Shown here in pieces: positions 1 to 7,242 of a stretch of 20,516 bases of DNA. Source of the stretch: Spirulina sp. Lineage in GTDB: Bacteria; Cyanobacteriota; Cyanobacteriia; Phormidesmidales; Phormidesmidaceae. Numbering within the stretch: position 1 is the stretch's first letter; every line of letters begins with the position of its first letter. The notes under the pieces are model-generated. The model saw nothing but the letters and a program-made list of their open reading frames with translations, was not told the origin of the DNA and ran no database searches. The DNA lies in the NCBI GenBank assembly GCA_044070495.1, contig JBIPSI010000052.1, positions 1 through 20,516 on the forward strand, written 5' to 3'. A program made the position numbers and the translations under genes.

Positions 1-71
1 CCTCGGTGATCGAAAGTACTCAGGAACCTGCGCCAGGGATGGAAGCCTTACCGTCCTCGGTGATCGAAAGT
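1..71 (+). repeat. Intragenic direct repeat CCTCGGTGATCGAAAGT (1-17 and 55-71), 54-bp / 18-aa period
   Basis: Exact 17-nt duplication, in frame, encoding SVIES twice in a low-complexity N-terminal linker. Confidence 0.8.
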
Positions 72-977
72 TCTAAGCCCTCCAGTGTGGATAAGTTTTA
101 TGCCGAGGCTCAGGCAAACCTGTCGGAGGATTTTTACCTTCTATACCGCATTGTTGATCGGCTGGCTAGGGCAAACGCCTTGGATGAACTGTCCTGGCGA
201 GTCAGGCTAGGACAGGAGGCTGGCAGTACGGCCACGGACATGAACACCTTAACCTTGGAAACCGGGGTCATGGACCAGTTCTATGGCGATAATGCGGCCC
301 TAGCCTGCATGGTCGGTCGCCAAATGGCTTCCCATACCCTCAACCACCCAGCTACCGCCGCTGAGTTTGAGAATCGGGCCAGAACCCTGATGGCCGAAGC
401 TGAGGCCCAGGCCATCGCAGAAATACAATCGGCTCAACGGCGACGAACCAGAACCAATACCCTCGGCAGCATTGTGGGGGGCGTGTTAGGGGGGATTTTG
501 GGGGGAACGACAGGCACCATTGTCGGGGGGGCTACCCAGGCGATTTTAGGCACTATGACCACGAGCCAACAGCAACAAGCCGAGGTGCGGGCCAACCAGA
601 TTTACCAAGACAGCGTGAATGCGTTGAACGCGGAGTATGCCGTCATTTTGCAACGTCAGGCCCACGAGGCTGACGTCTACGCCTATCAGTACATGGTGCG
701 GGCCGGATTTGACCCCCAAGGTTGTCAGCGGGCGATCAGTACCCTCATCCAACTGGAATCATATCGGTTGCCGGGTCAGGTTCCAGGCAATCCCACCGCC
801 CGGTTGCAACGCTTTAATGCCTTAGCGGCTCAGGTCAACCTAGAAACGTTGGTGGCAGAGGGTAGAACCCAGCTCAGCACCAATGTGCAACCCCTTGGCT
901 ACGGTGTTTCGAGGGATGGCACGATGCTGCGGGTTGAATCTCGCAACGGCAGCAATGCCTCTGAGTTTCCCTATTGA
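3..977 (+). CDS. M48-family (Ste24/YfgC-like) peptidase homologue with glycine-zipper insert; catalytic motif degenerate; 5' end probably outside the window
   Basis: The frame is open from the window edge, so the GTG at 6 is probably internal. M48-like scaffold: LYRIVDRLARANALD..WRV, GDNAALACMVGRQMASH (HExxH position), EAD.YAYQYMVRAGFDPQGC. Gly-zipper LGSIVGGVLGGILGGTTGTIVGG. Confidence 0.75.
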   Translation, partial: SVIESTQEPAPGMEALPSSVIESSKPSSVDKFYAEAQANLSEDFYLLYRIVDRLARANALDELSWRVRLGQEAGSTATDMNTLTLETGVMDQFYGDNAALACMVGRQMASHTLNHPATAAEFENRARTLMAEAEAQAIAEIQSAQRRRTRTNTLGSIVGGVLGGILGGTTGTIVGGATQAILGTMTTSQQQQAEVRANQIYQDSVNALNAEYAVILQRQAHEADVYAYQYMVRAGFDPQGCQRAISTLIQLESYRLPGQVPGNPTARLQRFNALAAQVNLETLVAEGRTQLSTNVQPLGYGVSRDGTMLRVESRNGSNASEFPY

Positions 978-1001
978 TGGCATAGCCTCTAGATCGATTC
1001 G

Positions 1002-1024
1002 GTAGGAGCACGGCTGCCGCGTCC
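1002..1024 (+). repeat. Degenerate GTAG-type REP-like palindrome
   Basis: GTAG followed by the imperfect GC-rich palindrome GAGCACGGCTGCCGCGTCC, between two convergent gene ends. Confidence 0.35.
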
Positions 1025-1069
1025 GGTGTAGAGTTACAGAATCTTCTGTCAGTCCACTAGCTCTCATGG

Positions 1070-1879
1070 TCAGGCTATCTTCGACCAAAAGTACATACTC
1101 GACTTTTTCCCTAGAATTTCTAGCTCAAAGGCTTCTGTGCAGGGGGATTGAGCCAGACCATAGCAGACATGCAGCGGCAGCAGGTGTTCTTCCCTGGGAT
1201 GACAATAACGGGCATGGGGCGCGTCTTCCCAGCGAATGAGTCGTTGTTTTCGTTCTTCTTCGGAAATATCTGGACTGGTGCAAGTTTTGAGTAGCCAATC
1301 CTCAAAAGCTTTATTCATGGCTTTGGAGTCAGGGGTTCCTACCTTAAAGAATTCCCTGAGGTTATGAAACGAAAAGCCTGAACCTATCACTAATAGGTTG
1401 TCGTAGGCTAAGGAACGTAGCGCACGTCCTAATTGAATATGATCAGACGGGTTCAAACTGTTCATCAGAGACAGTTGAATACAGGGAATATCCGCATCAG
1501 GAAACATGATTTTTAGCGGCACAAAAAGGCCGTGGTCAAAGCCACGATCAGCATCTAGCTGAACTGGAACCTGGGCGGTGTTAAGTGCAGCGTAAGTCTG
1601 ATGGGCGAGGTCAGGTTCTCCAGGGCACGGATATTGAATGTGATAGGATTCCTCTGGAAAGCCGTAGTAGTCGTAAATGAGGGGTGGATGTTCTCCTGAG
1701 GTCAGGGTTGGTACGTCCGATTCCCAATGGGCGCTAATGACTAGAATGGCTGAGGGTCTTCTTATTTTTGCCGCGATAGTTTTCAAGCAATCAACCATAT
1801 CTTGGTGACGCTCATCACCCAGCAAGGGCATGGGGCCACCACCATGGGATAAAAATAGTACTTGAGGATTGTTGATCAT
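1070..1879 (-). CDS. DODA-type extradiol ring-opening dioxygenase (LigB family, YgiD / 4,5-DOPA dioxygenase-like)
   Basis: Motifs FLSHGGGP, ILVISAHW, LIYDYYGFP, RGFDHG.FVPL, IGSGFSFHNL, HPREEHLLPL. Confidence 0.93.
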   Translation of the reverse strand: MINNPQVLFLSHGGGPMPLLGDERHQDMVDCLKTIAAKIRRPSAILVISAHWESDVPTLTSGEHPPLIYDYYGFPEESYHIQYPCPGEPDLAHQTYAALNTAQVPVQLDADRGFDHGLFVPLKIMFPDADIPCIQLSLMNSLNPSDHIQLGRALRSLAYDNLLVIGSGFSFHNLREFFKVGTPDSKAMNKAFEDWLLKTCTSPDISEEERKQRLIRWEDAPHARYCHPREEHLLPLHVCYGLAQSPCTEAFELEILGKKSSMYFWSKIA

Positions 1880-1946
1880 GGTATGCCTTTCGATGGGTAT
1901 CGTTTTATTCTGGCAATTTATTCTGGCAATATAGCGAGTTTTAGAA

Positions 1947-2031
1947 GTAGGTTAGGTGCAGCGAAACGGAACCTAACACTCGTCGAAGATTTCGGGCTGG
2001 TTGGGTTTTGCTATCGCGCCACCCAGCCTAC
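1947..2031. repeat. Inverted doublet of GTAG-family REP hairpins (REPIN-like element)
   Basis: Left unit GTAG-GTTAGGT-N13-ACCTAAC (1947-1977). Right unit, read on the minus strand, GTAG-GCTGGGT-N14-ACCCAAC (2031-2000). The two units are in inverted orientation. Confidence 0.8.
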
Positions 2032-2157
2032 AAAAAATTGCGGATATCATGGACTAAATAGCGTCACGCTATCACCTCTAGATTAAGAATTATCCACTTC
2101 TCCATGCGAACTGTTAGAATCACTGGCTAATCTTTTCATTTAAGAGAGGATATCCCT

Positions 2158-3513
2158 GTGTTGCCTGAGTCGTCGGATCGCCCCCCGGAGGCGTCCTTGT
2201 CTCCACCACCAAACCTAGAGTCTGCCTCATCCTTTACGCCCCCAGCCCAGGGCGCAGGGTTGTTCGATGACGCGGTGGAAGCCCGTCAACGTACCGGCGC
2301 GGCTTGGATTATCGCATCGGGGTTGGTTTTGCTGGTGGGGGTAGGGGGCTGGTTTGGCTATCGCGTGTGGAAGGGGAATCAGGTCGATCTGCCTACCGTG
2401 ACGACGGAAACCGTGGGGCGGCAAACCCTAGAAGATCCCGTAACGGCCTCTGGCGTGGTGTCTTTGGGAAATCAGCAGACCCTCAAGTCGCCTGGAGAGT
2501 TTACGGTGGAGGCGGTGCTAGTGCAGGCCCGGCAGCGGGTGAGCCAGGGGACGGTGCTGCTGCGCCTACGGGCCAGGGGCTTAGAACAACAGTTGGCCGA
2601 AGCCCGACTTCAGGCGGATCTGGATCAGCTCAAGTATGAGCGGGCGCAGGAGGTGCTGCAAGACAAGCAGCGGGATGTGCAGCGGGCCGAGGCGGAACTG
2701 GAAGAATCGCAAACCCTGCTGGATCGGGGCTTTATTTCCGAGGATGCCTACAACCAAGACCGTGATGATCTGGAGACCGCCCAGTCGGCTTTGCGGGAGG
2801 CCCAACTGGCCCTGCGGGAGGCGGAGGTAGCAATCCAGAAGAACCAGGTGACCCTCGCTAACATCCAGGCCCAACTCGCCGATGCCGCGATTGTTGCCCC
2901 CTTTGATGCGGTGGTGCTAAATATCAACGTTCAAGATGGCCAGGGCTTGGCCAACGACACGACCCTCCTCACCCTGGGCGACCCCAATCAGGAGGTGATC
3001 CTGTTCGACCTTATGCCCCTGGATGCCAACAAGGTGTCGGTGAACATGCCCGTGCGGATTAGCATCATTGGCCCCAACCCAGACCCGTTGCCCGGTCGGG
3101 TGATTAGCATTGCTCCCCAGGCCGTATCGAGCAATAACGCAGGGGACAGCGGCGACGCATCCCAGGCCAAGGTGCAGGCGGTGGCCCAGTTGGATCAGCC
3201 GAGCGGTACCCTGATTCCCGGCAGTCAGGTTAGCGTGGAGGTGATCCTCGTGCAGCGGCCCAACGTGGTCGCCGTTCCCCTCTCGGCCCTGCAACAGGAT
3301 GAAGACACCCCCTACGTTTGGGTGGTTGGCGAGGACAACACCGTGGAAAAACGATCCGTCGTCACCGGACTGACCACCCTAGATGCGGTGGAAATTACCT
3401 CTGGCCTGCGGGAAAACGAAACCATCATTCCCAACCCCACCCAGCCCCTCACCGATGGCATGGCCGTCATCCCTGGTAGTGCCGATATGGACATGCCCCC
3501 TCAGCCTGAATAG
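2158..3513 (+). CDS. Efflux transporter periplasmic adaptor subunit (MacA/HlyD membrane fusion protein)
   Basis: N-terminal TM helix (AAWIIASGLVLLVGVGGWFGY), lipoyl halves (V..RQRVSQGTVL; IVAPFDAVV), coiled-coil hairpin with LLDRGFISE, C-terminal VAVPLSAL..VWVV..VEKRSVVTG..VEITSGL. Start codon uncertain. Confidence 0.92.
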   Translation: MLPESSDRPPEASLSPPPNLESASSFTPPAQGAGLFDDAVEARQRTGAAWIIASGLVLLVGVGGWFGYRVWKGNQVDLPTVTTETVGRQTLEDPVTASGVVSLGNQQTLKSPGEFTVEAVLVQARQRVSQGTVLLRLRARGLEQQLAEARLQADLDQLKYERAQEVLQDKQRDVQRAEAELEESQTLLDRGFISEDAYNQDRDDLETAQSALREAQLALREAEVAIQKNQVTLANIQAQLADAAIVAPFDAVVLNINVQDGQGLANDTTLLTLGDPNQEVILFDLMPLDANKVSVNMPVRISIIGPNPDPLPGRVISIAPQAVSSNNAGDSGDASQAKVQAVAQLDQPSGTLIPGSQVSVEVILVQRPNVVAVPLSALQQDEDTPYVWVVGEDNTVEKRSVVTGLTTLDAVEITSGLRENETIIPNPTQPLTDGMAVIPGSADMDMPPQPE

Positions 3514-3572
3514 TCCTGTTAACATCATCCTGCTGACAGAGTCCCGTTTACCTAGCGTTCTGCCCCCTAGCC

Positions 3573-4763
3573 ATGGCGCTTTCTCCCCTTGATCTCAGTG
3601 TTACCACCCTACGCGCCCTCAGCGGCAACTGGGTGCGTTCTGGCCTCACCGCCCTCGGCATTTTTATGGGGGTCGCCGCTGTCAACGCCACCCTCAACAT
3701 CGAAGCCATCAGCCAGCAGGTGATCGCCGACCGCCTTGCCGCCATGGAAAGCCCTGGCTTTGACCCGTTTGTCTATGCCGAGGATAGACCCAACCCAGAG
3801 TGGGATGATGTAGTGATAGCTGAGGTACAGCGGGCCATCCCCCAGGTGATTGGCATCAGCCGCATGACTTGGCTTTGGGGTGGAGAGGTGCAGTACCTCG
3901 GCAGAACCCCGCCAGAATCAGCCAATATACAGGCGGTGTCCATCAACCACCAACGGGCCACGGGTCGCCGCCTAGTGGATGGACGCTTTTTTGACGCCGC
4001 CGACTTTGACAACTATCGGGCGGTGGTGGTGATTGATGAGGTGTTAACCCAGCAGCTTTTTGAGGGGCAATCTCCCCTGGGAGAAAGCATTTTTATCAAC
4101 AACAACCGCTTCACCGTCATCGGCATCATTGAAAGCAAACCTGTCTGGGAAGACGGCAAGCCCAATGGAACGGTTTGGATGACCGAAGCCTACGGCAACC
4201 TCTTGCAGGGCGGCGGCGGCTATAGCCAGGTGCGGGTGGCCCTCCGCAGCCTGGAAAACTACGAACAGGTGGAGCAGGATTTGGAAACCAAGCTGAGGGA
4301 GATGTTTCCGGGCTATGAGGTTTTTCTGTGGGGGAATGTGGCGGGTCTCTACGAAGAACAGCAACAGCAGCAGGCCTCGATTCGGGTGTTGAAGGCTGTG
4401 GGCTTGTTGGCCTTGGTGATTGGGGGCGTGGGCATTGCCAATATCACCATTGCTGCCATTATGGAGCGCACTCGCGAAATTGGCCTGCGTCGGGCCATTG
4501 GGGCCACGGATTTAGAAATCATGGCTCAGTTTATCGCCGAAGCCGCCCTGCTGAGTTTGATTGGCGGCACGGCGGCGGTTGTGGCGGTTCACTTTGCTAC
4601 CCAGGCCGCCACCACCCGAGTGTTTGAAGCCCCCTACCAATTTCGGCCCCAGGATGCTGCCCTATCCATGGGGGCCGCCTTTGTGATTGGGGTGGGATCT
4701 AGCCTGCTACCCGCCCTGCGAATTACCCGTATTGACGTGGTACAAGCCCTACGCGGAGAGTAG
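3573..4763 (+). CDS. ABC transporter permease, MacB/FtsX family
   Basis: RSGLTALGIFMGVAAV, GRFF, LVIGGVGIANITIAAIMERTREIGLRRAIGAT, QFIAEA, C-terminal PALRITRIDVVQALRGE. Confidence 0.93.
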   Translation: MALSPLDLSVTTLRALSGNWVRSGLTALGIFMGVAAVNATLNIEAISQQVIADRLAAMESPGFDPFVYAEDRPNPEWDDVVIAEVQRAIPQVIGISRMTWLWGGEVQYLGRTPPESANIQAVSINHQRATGRRLVDGRFFDAADFDNYRAVVVIDEVLTQQLFEGQSPLGESIFINNNRFTVIGIIESKPVWEDGKPNGTVWMTEAYGNLLQGGGGYSQVRVALRSLENYEQVEQDLETKLREMFPGYEVFLWGNVAGLYEEQQQQQASIRVLKAVGLLALVIGGVGIANITIAAIMERTREIGLRRAIGATDLEIMAQFIAEAALLSLIGGTAAVVAVHFATQAATTRVFEAPYQFRPQDAALSMGAAFVIGVGSSLLPALRITRIDVVQALRGE

Positions 4764-4764
4764 T

Positions 4765-4791
4765 TTTGAATCTCAGGAGGTTTGAATCTCA
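4765..4791 (+). repeat. Direct repeat TTTGAATCTCA x2 (16-bp period)
   Basis: Exact 11-mers at 4765-4775 and 4781-4791, immediately after the permease stop. Confidence 0.6.
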
Positions 4792-4922
4792 AGCGATGCC
4801 AACGTCTAGAGGCTGACATCCAATCCGCATCCCCTATCTCCGAGGAATCTGGATCGGGTTGTATAGCTTGGCCCCCAACCTGGGAACCTTAGGCACAGGT
4901 CTGTACTTTTTTGGTTTTGGCG

Positions 4923-5897
4923 ATGACTCAGCCCAGGATTTCAGCCATTATCTGCACCCACAACCGCGCAGACTACCTAGGGGCGGCCATTGATAGCCTT
5001 TTGGGCCAAACCTATGACACCTACGAAATCATTGTGGTCGATAACGCCTCCACCGATGACACTCGCTCTGTGGCGGAAGCTCGGCTACCCAATCCCAAAC
5101 TCACCTACGTTTATGAAAGCACCCTAGGACTTTCAGCGGCCCGGAATCGGGGTGCCCAGGAGGCCCAAGGGGAGATCCTCGCCTATTTGGATGACGATGC
5201 CGAAGCCTCACCCCAGTGGCTAGTGGCCCTAGCTGAGGTATTTATGGCTAACCCCAAAGCGGCCATTGCCGGGGGATACGTTAGTCTGCTGTGGCCTCCG
5301 GGCCAAATGGCTCCCCGTTGGTTGTCTCCGGCCCTGGCGGAATGCTTGGGGGCCTACGATTTGGGGAACGAGATCCGACCTATCACCCAACCGGGCCACA
5401 CTCCTAGGGGGCTGAACTATGCGGTCAGACAGGACTTTTTACAAGCTGTCGGGGGCTTTGATCCCCAGCTTGGCCGAGTGGGCAAAAACCTGCTCTCCAA
5501 CGAAGAACTGCACCTGACCCAACAGGCGCTTCAGGCGGGGTATCAAGTGCTGTATGTTCCCGAAGCCAAGGTAGCCCACAATGTCGCCCCAGAACGGCTG
5601 CACCGCCGCTGGTTTTTGCGCCGCAGTTGGTGGCAGGGCATCAGCGAATGCTACCGCGAACACCTGACGGGTACCCTCACGGGGCAACGCTGGCGATCTC
5701 GCAGTGTCTCCCTGCTGCGGGGGCTGGGCAAAGCGGTTAAATACTGGCGCGATCCCGCCCTGCGTTTTGATAACCTCGTCTATGCCTACGGCCAACTGGG
5801 CTACCTGATCAGCGGCCTCCGGTATCGATTCGCGCCACCTAATCCCAGTGTACGGGCGCACAGCGGTGCGCCCCAACCCAATTCGGCCCCTTCCTGA
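4923..5897 (+). CDS. Glycosyltransferase family 2 (possibly the hormogonium polysaccharide HpsS-type)
   Basis: ISAIICTHNR, IIVVDNASTD, GLSAARNRG, LAYLDDD (DxD), VGGFDPQLGR, LLSNEE. ATG at 4923 preferred over TTG at 4911. Confidence 0.92.
   Translation: MTQPRISAIICTHNRADYLGAAIDSLLGQTYDTYEIIVVDNASTDDTRSVAEARLPNPKLTYVYESTLGLSAARNRGAQEAQGEILAYLDDDAEASPQWLVALAEVFMANPKAAIAGGYVSLLWPPGQMAPRWLSPALAECLGAYDLGNEIRPITQPGHTPRGLNYAVRQDFLQAVGGFDPQLGRVGKNLLSNEELHLTQQALQAGYQVLYVPEAKVAHNVAPERLHRRWFLRRSWWQGISECYREHLTGTLTGQRWRSRSVSLLRGLGKAVKYWRDPALRFDNLVYAYGQLGYLISGLRYRFAPPNPSVRAHSGAPQPNSAPS
5850..5877 (+). repeat. Degenerate GTAG...CTAC-type REP palindrome inside the 3' end of the GT2 gene
   Basis: GTACGGGCGCACAGCGGTGCGCCCCAAC with stem GGGCGCAC/GTGCGCCC, resembling the cyanobacterial GTAGGGGCGCAC...GTGCGCCCCTAC type. 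Confidence 0.6.
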
Positions 5898-5976
5898 TTT
5901 GTCGCCTCACGGCGGGAGCGCAATTGTTGGGTCTCCCCATTTTCTAGCCCCTGTTCCCTCATCCCCACGCCAAACC

Positions 5977-6921
5977 ATGACCTCCCCCAAAATCCCTGTC
6001 TCCGTCCTCATTCCCGCCAAAAACGAAGAACAGAATCTTCCAGCCTGTCTCGCCAGTGTGGAACGGGCCTCGGAAATTTTTGTGGTGGATTCCCACAGCA
6101 CCGACCAAAGCGAAGCCATCGCCACCGCCGCTGGGGCCAAGGTGGTGCAGTTTGACTTCAACGGCCACTGGCCCAAAAAGAAAAACTGGGCCTTGGATAA
6201 CCTACCCTTCAGCCACGACTGGGTGCTGATTGTGGACTGTGATGAGCGGATTCCTCCCGAACTGTGGGATGAGATTGAAACGGCCATTCAAAACCCCGAT
6301 TTCGATGGCTATTATCTGAATCGACGGGTGTTTTTTCTAGGAACTTGGATTCGCCACGGGGGCAAATATCCCGACTGGAACCTGCGTCTATTTCGCCATG
6401 CCAAGGGCCGCTACGAAAACCTGCAAACCTCCGATATCCCCAACACGGGCGACAACGAAGTCCATGAGCATGTGATGATTGAAGGTGCGGTGGGCTACCT
6501 CAAAAACGATATGCTCCACGAGGATTTCCGCGACCTCTACCACTGGCTGGCCCGCCACAACCGCTACTCCAACTGGGAAGCCAGGGTGTACTACAACCTG
6601 CTGACGGGCATGGGCGACGGCGGCACCATTGGCGCAAACCTGTTTGGTGATGCGGTGCAGCGAAAGCGTTTTCTGAAGAAAATCTGGGTGCGATTGCCCT
6701 TTAAACCACTGCTGCGATTTCTGTTGTTCTACATCTTTCAACTGGGCTTTTTAGATGGCCAAGCGGGCTATATCTACGCCCGACTGCTGAGCCAGTACGA
6801 ATATCAAATTGGCGTCAAACTGTTTGAACTGCGGCGGTTTGGTGGCCAGTTAAATGTTTCCCCCAAAACCGAAGCCCCCAGCCCAGACCCAGCAGACCGC
6901 AAACCCGCCCTTTCGCCGTAA
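5977..6921 (+). CDS. Glycosyltransferase family 2 (possibly HpsT-type)
   Basis: VSVLIPAKNEE, VVDSHSTD, KKNWAL, WVLIVDCDE, YPDWNLRLFR, EVHEH, LGFLDG. ATG at 5977 avoids overlap with the upstream gene. Confidence 0.92.
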   Translation: MTSPKIPVSVLIPAKNEEQNLPACLASVERASEIFVVDSHSTDQSEAIATAAGAKVVQFDFNGHWPKKKNWALDNLPFSHDWVLIVDCDERIPPELWDEIETAIQNPDFDGYYLNRRVFFLGTWIRHGGKYPDWNLRLFRHAKGRYENLQTSDIPNTGDNEVHEHVMIEGAVGYLKNDMLHEDFRDLYHWLARHNRYSNWEARVYYNLLTGMGDGGTIGANLFGDAVQRKRFLKKIWVRLPFKPLLRFLLFYIFQLGFLDGQAGYIYARLLSQYEYQIGVKLFELRRFGGQLNVSPKTEAPSPDPADRKPALSP

Positions 6922-6989
6922 CCTAACCCATTCTTGCAGGAATCAAATGACATCCTAAAGCCCTTTTCCCCTCTGAACGGCCTCCGGCT

Positions 6990-7200
6990 CCCCTCTCCTA
7001 GGGAGGCTACCGCTTAACACAAGTTTCTATTCTGCTTAGTGCCTAGGGGTGATCCCCCCTAGCCCCCCTTAGAAAGGGGGGAACTGGATTCAAAGTCCCC
7101 CTTTCTAAGGGGGATTTAGGGGGATCTCCCAGATATGACGGCATGAAAACAAGATGTGCATAAACAGTAGCCTCCCCGGAAGAGGGGTTGGGGGTGAGGG
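6990..7200. mobile_element. Nested non-autonomous inverted-repeat element (MITE/REP-like composite)
   Basis: Outer inverted repeat CCCCTCTCCTAGGGAGGCTAC (6990-7010) vs GTAGCCTCCCCGGAAGAGGGG (7167-7187), 18/21 complementary. It continues inward imperfectly (CGCTTAACACAAG / ATGTGCATAAACA). Inner palindromic unit at 7051-7126; tail TTGGGGGTGAGGG. No transposase ORF. Confidence 0.65.
7051..7126. repeat. Cyanobacterial double-hairpin dispersed repeat (CCCCCTT-NNN-AAGGGGG x2, GATC-bounded)
   Basis: GATCCCCCCTAGCCCCCCTTAGAAAGGGGGG...TCCCCCTTTCTAAGGGGGATTTAGGGGGATC. Each half is a hairpin and the halves are inverted copies of each other. Confidence 0.85.
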
Positions 7201-7242
7201 CGGCGGGGACTTTGTGTAGACGAATCAACCCATCACCCCTAG

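Noticed and set aside
1862..2086. 74-aa ORF between the dioxygenase and the adaptor gene
   Set aside because: It runs through the REP doublet, has a TTG start and shows no protein-like features.
2090..2098. DnaA-box-like TTATCCACT
   Set aside because: A single 8/9 match with no cluster or dnaA/dnaN context; expected by chance.
5848..5976. 43-aa N-terminal extension of the second GT2
   Set aside because: It overlaps the upstream gene and a REP palindrome and is Pro-rich; the GT2 domain begins right after ATG 5977.
7043..7228. 61-aa minus-strand ORF containing PPKSPLERG / PPFLRGARGD
   Set aside because: It is a translation of the dispersed repeat, a typical spurious ORF.
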